Source: Blastocystis sp. Blastoise
Taxonomy: Eukaryota; Protista; Bigyra: Opalinata
Assembly: GCA_039096225.1 (NCBI GenBank)
Contig: JBBPEB010000007.1
Location: 186,001-250,000 of the forward strand
DNA length: 64,000 nt
Reading direction: 5' to 3'
The position numbers and the translations under genes are program-made. Shown here one piece after another: positions 51,775 to 64,000 of this stretch (position 1 is the stretch's first letter; every line of letters starts with the position of its first letter). Below the pieces are notes generated by a model. That model was not told the origin of the DNA, searched no databases, and was given only the letters and a program-made list of their open reading frames with translations.

Positions 51775-52695
51775 CATATCATTGCTTCTTTGATTTCTTC
51801 TCTTCCTTTATCACCAAATAATTCAACCATTTCGTTCTCTAATATATCTTTATTAATATCAATTATTTTATTCTTATATATCTATATATCTATTATTTAC
51901 ATATTCTAATGTATTCAATATATTTGTATTCCTTATTCATATCTAAACTATCATCTATATGATTATAATCTATAAATCCATTATCATAATTCATAACATA
52001 TACATTCCATAAACCATTCTTTATCAAATAATCTTTAATTATATCATTCTTATTTCCATTAATAATCAATTCCATTTCATCTCCTTCTTCATCTTCTTCT
52101 TTTTAGTATCTCTTCTTTCTCTACAATTTAATAATTCTATTGGAATTATTAATCCACAAAATTCAAATAAATTCAGTATTTCTAATTGTTCTTCATAAGA
52201 AAATTGATCAAAATTAACTTTCTTTCCATTCAAATAATCTAATAAATAGTAAATAAAAACATCTTTTCCAGGATAATCAAGAAATATAGATCCATCGTTT
52301 GTTCTAAGTTCTTCTTCACATTGCTCTTCAATAAAAGAACCTTTCAAAGAATCTAAAACAGATTTTGATATTTGAAATATTGGACCACTATTCTTAAATC
52401 GTATCAAATCCATATCATCATCATCATTAGTATTCATATTGACATTCATATCTTCGTTATTATTACTTTCATAAACACATTTCTTTTCAAATTCATTTCT
52501 TTCGCCTTCTTTTACAATACATTCATCTCCAATATGTTTAATAAGTCTATTAATCGATATTCCAGAATGTATACCAAGATTGATCACTGATCCAAATACA
52601 TCAACAACATCTTTCATCAATTCTTTATATACATTGATATCCTCCTTCAATCTATTGAATTTATCGATATCAAATAACACTTTTTCTTTCACCAT
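51775..52695 (-). pseudogene. BTB/POZ-like family gene, frameshifted and truncated
   Basis: ORF 52066-52695 (LIRFKNSGPIFQI..GSFIEEQ..DGSIFLDY..YLLDYLNGK) continues in another frame (ORF 51893-52075) after an apparent 1-nt loss near 52090, then runs into stops. Confidence 0.6.
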
Positions 52696-54201
52696 TAACG
52701 AAATAATGCTAATTAAATAAAAATGTATCTTTCCCTTGTTTATTTTTATTCTTTCAATATTTTATTATTTTCTTTATTACTCAATTATTATTTTTTTTTT
52801 ATTTGTAATAATTATGCTGATTGACTAATAGACAATATGATTTGCAAAAATATAATCTAAATTTCTTAAAATAGAATGTTTATTTTGAATCATCGCTTCA
52901 TTTATTACTTAAAATAGCGTATTGAATATTAATTCGAAATATAGAAGATATTGAAAGCAGAGTGGCATGCTTAATTACTTTTTATCTCTTATTTGATTTT
53001 CATTTTGGTCTATATTTTTCTTATTTTATATAGCTACATGATATTCATATTCACATAATATTTACCTATCTGTTTCTGATACCTACTACTAGTTTAAAAT
53101 GTAATTATTATATTTTTCTTGTAAACATTCCTTTTTTCTCTATATTTGAAATTTTTTTAATTCATATATCTTATTTTATAAAATATCTCAGTTCCTCTAG
53201 TATTATCTTTTCTATAGTCTCTTGATTCAGTTACACTCTCTCTAATTCATGGTCTATCTCCTTATTATTACTCAGTTACTTCTTCTTCACACAATTTTTT
53301 TCATTATATTCTACGTAATAACTCAAAGATCATTTTATGTCAATTATAATAATAAATATTATTTGAAATGTAGTCTCAATATATGTGATGAATAACAATT
53401 GCTAGATTCAATTCAATATAATGCTATTGGTAATATGAGTGTATACTATTTATATATATATCCCAAAAAAATATATAAAAATGGCATATCATTAATGAAG
53501 TATACTTTATTTAAACGTAATTATTCAATAATTCTCAATTAATATTGTATGTTAAAATTATTTATTGTAAAAGATGTTATAATAATAAAACACAATAATT
53601 CAAATTATATATATATATATATATATAAATTATGTATAAATTATGATATCACAAATGTGACAACATTATTCAGTGATCTATATAAATAATACAATTTTAT
53701 AATACATATTTTTTAATTATTGAAAAATATATAAAATAAAATTGTATACAACTATTAAGTGATGAACTAGTGTAAAAAATGTCCAATTTTCATCATTCTT
53801 TCAATACATACAGAGAATTGTGTAGCAATATCAAGTATTATTATTCAATCATATCTACTTCTATATATCAACTATCGTTTACAAATAACTTTTATTTATC
53901 TACATTTCAGGATATCATACAATAATGATAGTAATTTATAAATATATTCTTAAAGAGAATACTTAAGGAATACAGTATAAAAATAGATTTCTAATAAATA
54001 TGTTCTAATAGCTAATTATATTATTTAATAGTTGGTATCATGTTTGTATTATATTTATAAAACTCTTTTAAAATACTTTCAAATAAAAATAATTTTATAT
54101 AAAATAAATAGAAATATTAGTAAATAATAAAAAGAACACAAAAACAGAAATCACAATTTAACATAACAGTAGAAATAGAAATAATAAATAACCATAAAAA
54201 A

Positions 54202-58045
<3,844 letters not shown>

Positions 58046-61000
58046 TACTTGAATTCAACTATAATTAGAGAAGGATAATATGTTATTAAGCTTAAAAGAT
58101 ATATCTTTATATAAGTAACTAATAAATACTTTAAGAATTGTTATAATAAATAATAAATGAATGAATTCTAAAAAGGAAAAAAAACTAGATTTTCAAAAAG
58201 GTAGTACTAATGAAAAATTGAAAAATGACTCGATACGATAGCAATTCTCACGGTTTTTATTCAGTCTTTTTCAGATAAACTTATTTGAGATTCATATTAA
58301 ATTTCAGAAACAACACATTATTCACTTTTTTTCAGCAAATAATCTATATTCACTTAAACTGAGATTCTCTTTATGTTTATATTACAGTATAGAATACATT
58401 TATTCTCAATAAAATGAAAAATAATTGTAATTATGTCAATCAAGTTGAAGAAATGGAGTACATACTTTGTTTAGGTTATTGAAATTAATTAGAAAATGTT
58501 ACTGTTATCAAATTATTAATTATTCTTTCAAATACTATATTTTTACAATTCAAATGAATACAAATGAATAATATTTGTCTTAAAATATCATTTAGATATC
58601 TATTAAGATGTGAAACATAGTCTTATATATGAAATGATTATCAAAGGAACATTACTCGTATATTCTGAAGTGGAATCACATTAAATATAACTGCTTTCTT
58701 CAGCAAATCTTATTATTATATTCAGAATTCTCTACTCTTTTCTTTATCAAAATCAAGCTTATTAATTAGTCTTATCTGCCTTGAATCCTTATATTAAATG
58801 AAATACATATAAAGATAAAGACATTATATATGCTATTAATGCATATAATATGAAATACATTTCTTTCTATAGCATTATACAGATATTCAATTTTTTTTTA
58901 TTTAGCTTATTTCTAAAAATCTACTCATTTAGTTCTTTCCATCAAGTATAATCATAAAAACATATTTTAACAATATTTTTAAACATATATTTATATTATA
59001 TTGATTATAATAATTTTCTATGAACTCTATGATAAATAAAATATGTATTTGGATACTTTTTAATATATACAAATAACCTATTAATACTATTACTATGTAT
59101 AAAATATATTTTTAACTTTAACAATAAAAGAAAATGGAATATTTACTCTCTTAATTAATATTAATAAATCTATAAAAAAATATATATAAATAATAATAAT
59201 ATAATAAAAAGAAAACTAACCACACTATCTTAAACAAAACTATTTATCGTTTTCTTGTCATATCACTAGTAAGAATAGCTTCATAGCAATTATCAACAAT
59301 AAAATAATAAAATAGTTGTCTTAGTAATATGATTATATCATTTCTTATTCATAAAAGATAAGTTTAACTGAAAGTGATACTAAAATATAGTCATAAAAGT
59401 GAATAAAGTCTTTGAATATCTTATTAGAATACATAATATAACACATTATTAACTATTTTAACAAAAACATATATAATAGTACCATTTTATTTTTTAAAAA
59501 TAATCATTACTTTAATTGGTGTGAAATATCTGTAAATCTTATAAAATTGAAATTAAGTATATATATTAATACTTATTACTTTCACTTAAATTATTCATAA
59601 AATATAACTATCATAATAAGATATAAATTTAAACTAACAAAACAAAAAATTAAAGTTAAATCTCGAATAGTAAAAAGAATAGATAATTATATAGAAATGG
59701 AAAGATATATATATATATTTTAATATATATATATAAAGATTAGTATCAATATCAAGAAATCTATGAATAGAAAACATAAAAAATTATTAAGTAATACCAG
59801 AAGATATATCAAGAAATAAAAAAGATATATCTATTGTATTTGGGAATAAAAAAAGAATTATGATAATAGTATTAATGATGATATAGTGTTTCTATATGTA
59901 TATAAATAATAGCATAAAATTAGATAATGATTTGAAAAATTATATATGATATAAAGTAATATAAATATAGTCCCAAAATATGAAATAATAAATGAATATC
60001 ATAAAAGCTTAATAAAAATAATAATGTAATAAAATCTCTATTTCAAAAGAAAGTAAATTATGAAAGAGAATAAGAAATAGAACTAAGAGGATGAACAATT
60101 ATAAACAAGTATACATATATATATAATAAAATATTTTTTAAAATAATTGTTTATTATTCACTTTATATACAAAAACTATTGTGTACAGAAGATACATACG
60201 ATAAAAAATGTAATATATAAAATGTTAAATAAAATTCTAGTATATAAGAGTAATTTATGGATTATATTATAAATAATTAAAACTAAATAACAATAGAAAC
60301 ATTAAAGATATAATATAAATAAAGAGATATCTTAAAGAAATAATATCATAGTATGAGTATATATATTGAAAAAAAACTATACATTTATTTTTAAACCAAC
60401 AATAATATTATTCATTTGATAACAATAACATGATTGAGTAAAAGTGTAGTTAAAAGATATAGTTTTCTTTAGTTGATTAGTTAATACATTTTCATTGAAA
60501 TAATTGGAAACAGTGTCATATTCAAATAAAAAATATCAGGTAAATAATGTGAGAAATAATAAGCTTTATATTCTTTATTTAATATATTTGTCTATTATTT
60601 ATTTTTAAAAAAAGTGTTTTTTAATGAAGCAATTCTTTTCATTTAATGAAAAATAGTTCATTTTTTAAATAGAACATATATATGTAAAAATATTAATAAT
60701 AGTTTATAGTAATAAAATCTAATTAAAAGAATAATTTAGACACTATTTACTTTCTATATAGTTTTATACTCTATTTTTTAATATATTTGAAAAATATAAT
60801 TAAAAACTATATTTAAAAATAGAGTTCTTGCATAGATTATAAATAGCTATTTAAAATATGATTAGACATTTATATTATCCTAACTCTTATTTATATATCT
60901 TTTTTATATATAACTAGTGATTTTTGAATAATAAATATATAATTCTATAAGTTTATTGCCTTTTTACTTTTCTCAATTTGTTTTTAATAATGCTATTATG

Positions 61001-61475
61001 TATGTATATATTTAAATAATTAATCATATATATATTCTACTAGTTTTATTATATGATTATATTTTTAAATATTTCTATTAAATATATTAACGATTAGTGT
61101 ATAAAAAATGAATAGTATCATCTGTTAAATTTATGATACTGACATATATTGTTTAATTTATAGAATACTATAAAACAATTAATTATATATATATTTAAAT
61201 TTTATAAAAACTATTTATAAACAAAATTCAATAGAAATCAATCATCTATTAATTATTAATATAGTAAATAAATATATAAAATAATTTAAATAAAAAAAAA
61301 TATTAATAAAATAATCTTATTTATATAATATAATAGTTATAAAATTGTTATAATAATTCATAATATATAAACATGATTTCTTCCTATACTTCATAATCTT
61401 CTATTATAAAAAGATTCACCTTCTATGAACAGCCAATATTTACAAATAAAGAATACTCTTTATTAGTATTTGAAA

Positions 61476-61572
61476 CACTATTAGGCATTTTGACGTTTTA
61501 AGAAAAATGATTGGATTAAAAAGTGAATTCTGCCAATCATTTATTTGAAAAAGTCAAAAGTGCCTAATAGTG
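61476..61572. mobile_element. 97-bp CACTA (CMC/EnSpm)-ended foldback MITE
   Basis: CACTATTAGGCA-TTTTGAC...GTCAAAAG-TGCCTAATAGTG, an inner inverted pair AAATGATTGG/CCAATCATTT, and flanking AAA on both sides (3-bp TSD). Confidence 0.7.
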
Positions 61573-62099
61573 AAATACTAGAATGATTTGCAATACAAGA
61601 ACTTATATTACTATAACAATCCTCTACTATTTCTAATCATCACTCATATAATCAGTATAATATAAATAACAACATATACTACTTTTTTATTACTATTAGT
61701 ATAATCATAGTTCGTTTGAGGAATACCAGGTTCGTTTCTTAAAATAGAAGCTCTATTAAAAATAAATTCCAAACAATATAATATATACTGAATATTCTAT
61801 TAAAATGAAATTTATATATATACTATATGAATTATAACAACTTTGATCTGTATATCTTCCAAATTTATTCATATAATTATCATGATCTAAATGTTTAAGT
61901 CACTGTTACACCTTTATTATCATAATAGTTATAAAAATCATCTTTAGAATACTTATATTCACTTGTTCTTTATAAATAGAATAAAAAAATATTAAATCAC
62001 ACCTAACTAATAATCTCCTTTTCTTTCCCTTATCAAGTCATTTTTGTAATTGATAATCTATATTCTTATCATAAAGAATTGAATTATAAAAAATGAGGT

Positions 62100-62950
62100 T
62101 TTATATTTAAACATAATTCTATTTCTTCTTTTTTCATCAAATATCTCGATCATTTCTTTTTCTAATAACCTTTATTAACAATATTCATTTGTATATACTT
62201 ATAATTCTTATTATGAAATACAAGTATTGTTTATTGTATTTCAAAAATCCATAATCATAATTATTTATATATCTAATCAATAAATCATTCTGTTCTAAAT
62301 AGTTTTGACCTCATTCTTTATTTTCCATTAAAAATCCTATTCATAGCATCTTCTTTCTTATTTCTTCATATATATATCTCTTCTTATTCGATAATCAACT
62401 TATTCCACAAGAATCATCAATACACAAATCTCAAATAATTCTAATAATTCTAACTGATCTTCATATTCTAATGCATCAAAATCAACAATTTCATAATAGG
62501 AATACACATCATTACCCATATAATTAAGGAAAACAGTTCCATCATCAGTTCTATACTCTTCAGAACATTGCTCATCAATAAAAGAACATTTCTAAGTATC
62601 TAATTTTGATATCAAAATTCGAAAAACAGGACCATTATTGTTGAAACGAATCAGATCGGTATCTTCTTTATCACATTCATTATACCCATTCTTTTTATGA
62701 TTTATAGCTGTAGTATTATGATTATTTAGAGTAGTATTTTCATTATATGAGTGTAATATATCTTCTATTTTGCCATAATCATCATTGAAACGCTTCATAA
62801 TATTATTAATAAACATTCTAGAATGAATATCAAGATTTGTTACAGCTGAGAAAACAATTATAACATCTTTCATCAGTTCTTCATATCTATTAATATCTTC
62901 CTTCAATCTATTAAACTTCTTAATATCAAATAACCTATCTTTTTATGCCT
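62100..62950 (-). pseudogene. Degraded paralog of the 52066-52695 BTB-like gene
   Basis: FDIKKFNRLKEDINRYEELMKDV..DLIRFNNNGPVFRI..SFIDEQC..DGTVFL; no start ATG, in-frame stops and frameshifts. Confidence 0.7.
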
Positions 62951-63155
62951 TTCTACGAAATATCAACTATAAAAAGAAAAAACAATTTCATTCATTTTTC
63001 CAGTGTAATTACTGTTTTAGACAGGATATCGATCTATTTTCCATGTTATTTTTTTTAACATTATTATTAAGCATAATTCATTTTCTTTTACGTTTTATCA
63101 GTTAATTATTAGTTAGAATTCGTTAAAATAGTATATTGGATTCAATATCAAAAAT

Positions 63156-64000
63156 ATGTCAGAAATAATAAATGAAATTAAGTGTGATCAAGAAAAACTA
63201 GGTATTCTTCTTATTATTCTATTATATTTGAACTATACATAATTAATATAGTTGATTTTATCTTTCAAGATGAGACTAGAATTAAAATTTCAGTGTCATT
63301 TCTTAATAATTATCCCGAATCATTGCTTTCATTAATCTATTTAAATAAAGCAAATTATTTGAAAGATGAAGATGCATATTTTGTTGATTCTCCTACTCTT
63401 CATATCGATAGAATTGTATTATATATGAAAAACGAACTATCTCTGGATACTTTGTCATTTACAGATATATTAGATCTATATTCTGGATTAAAACATTTCT
63501 TTGCTAGTTCATTTCTTGAATATCAAATGAAAATATATGATTATTTGATTTTAAGTATGCAAGAATTCATTGAACAACATGAATGTGGAATGTAATATAT
63601 ATATGTATATATATGTTATATAATATAATAATTGTGGTGATTTATTTGAATTTGATAAAGAAAAGGAATTAACTATTAATAGTATATTATAGAATTCTTT
63701 TCATTTCTCTATTTTTATAGATATATTTACAGAAGAAAGAAACTTATTATTTCAAAAATATTCAAAACTATTTGAGATTTTTAAAGTTACAACAGTTGTT
63801 TTACAATGTATATATATATTATAATATATGTTTATATATATATAGATGATTTTGATGATAGGACTCCTTATGAATATATATATCCCTCCAATTTACATGA
63901 ATTATTTCCTTCTAAAAATCAATATAAAATAAATAGTATGAATATGTAATATAGTATTATATATATATAGTGTCTTATTATCCTCAGAATAAAACTATAC
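63156..64000 (+). CDS. 5' part of a BTB/POZ-like multi-exon gene, paralog of 54202-58045; runs off the window
   Basis: MSEIINEIKCDQEKL|..LIFQDETRIKISVSFLNNYPESLLS..DAYFVDSP..IVLYM; later exons IFTEERN..FKVTTVVL, DDFDD..IYPSNLHELFPS match the exon pattern of the minus-strand paralog. Confidence 0.72.

Noticed and set aside
58100-61400. Long AT-rich intergenic stretch
   Set aside because: No ORF, repeat unit or structure I can support.

Overview
Very AT-rich eukaryotic DNA with many short spliceosomal introns. A gut stramenopile of the Blastocystis type is my guess from gene families and intron style, not a direct identification. Host genes, left to right: the 3' part of a Strawberry-notch-like gene with a huge Asn/Ser-rich tail (to 9826), two tandem divergent actins, a PAK/STE20 kinase, a secreted GH3 glycosidase, a subtilisin (S8) protease, and a cluster of BTB/POZ-family genes and pseudogenes with a tiny CACTA-ended foldback element. 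Main observations: (1) a 21.7-kb hAT transposon (10041-31767; 12-bp TIRs, perfect 8-bp TSD AACAATAT) whose transposase gene is interrupted by one Helitron-like element and followed by a second, related one; (2) three copies of a ~68-nt tRNA-like four-way-junction sequence with compensatory base changes, a conserved D-loop GG and T-loop but no conserved anticodon, all inside these transposons; (3) an array of 11 look-alike micro-exons carried as cargo; (4) three AT-AC (U12-type) introns plus a GC-AG intron in the subtilisin gene, one splitting the catalytic-Ser motif; (5) both Helitron-like elements start with ATATCCTT, the U12 donor consensus. Exon models were read by eye and no database search was run.
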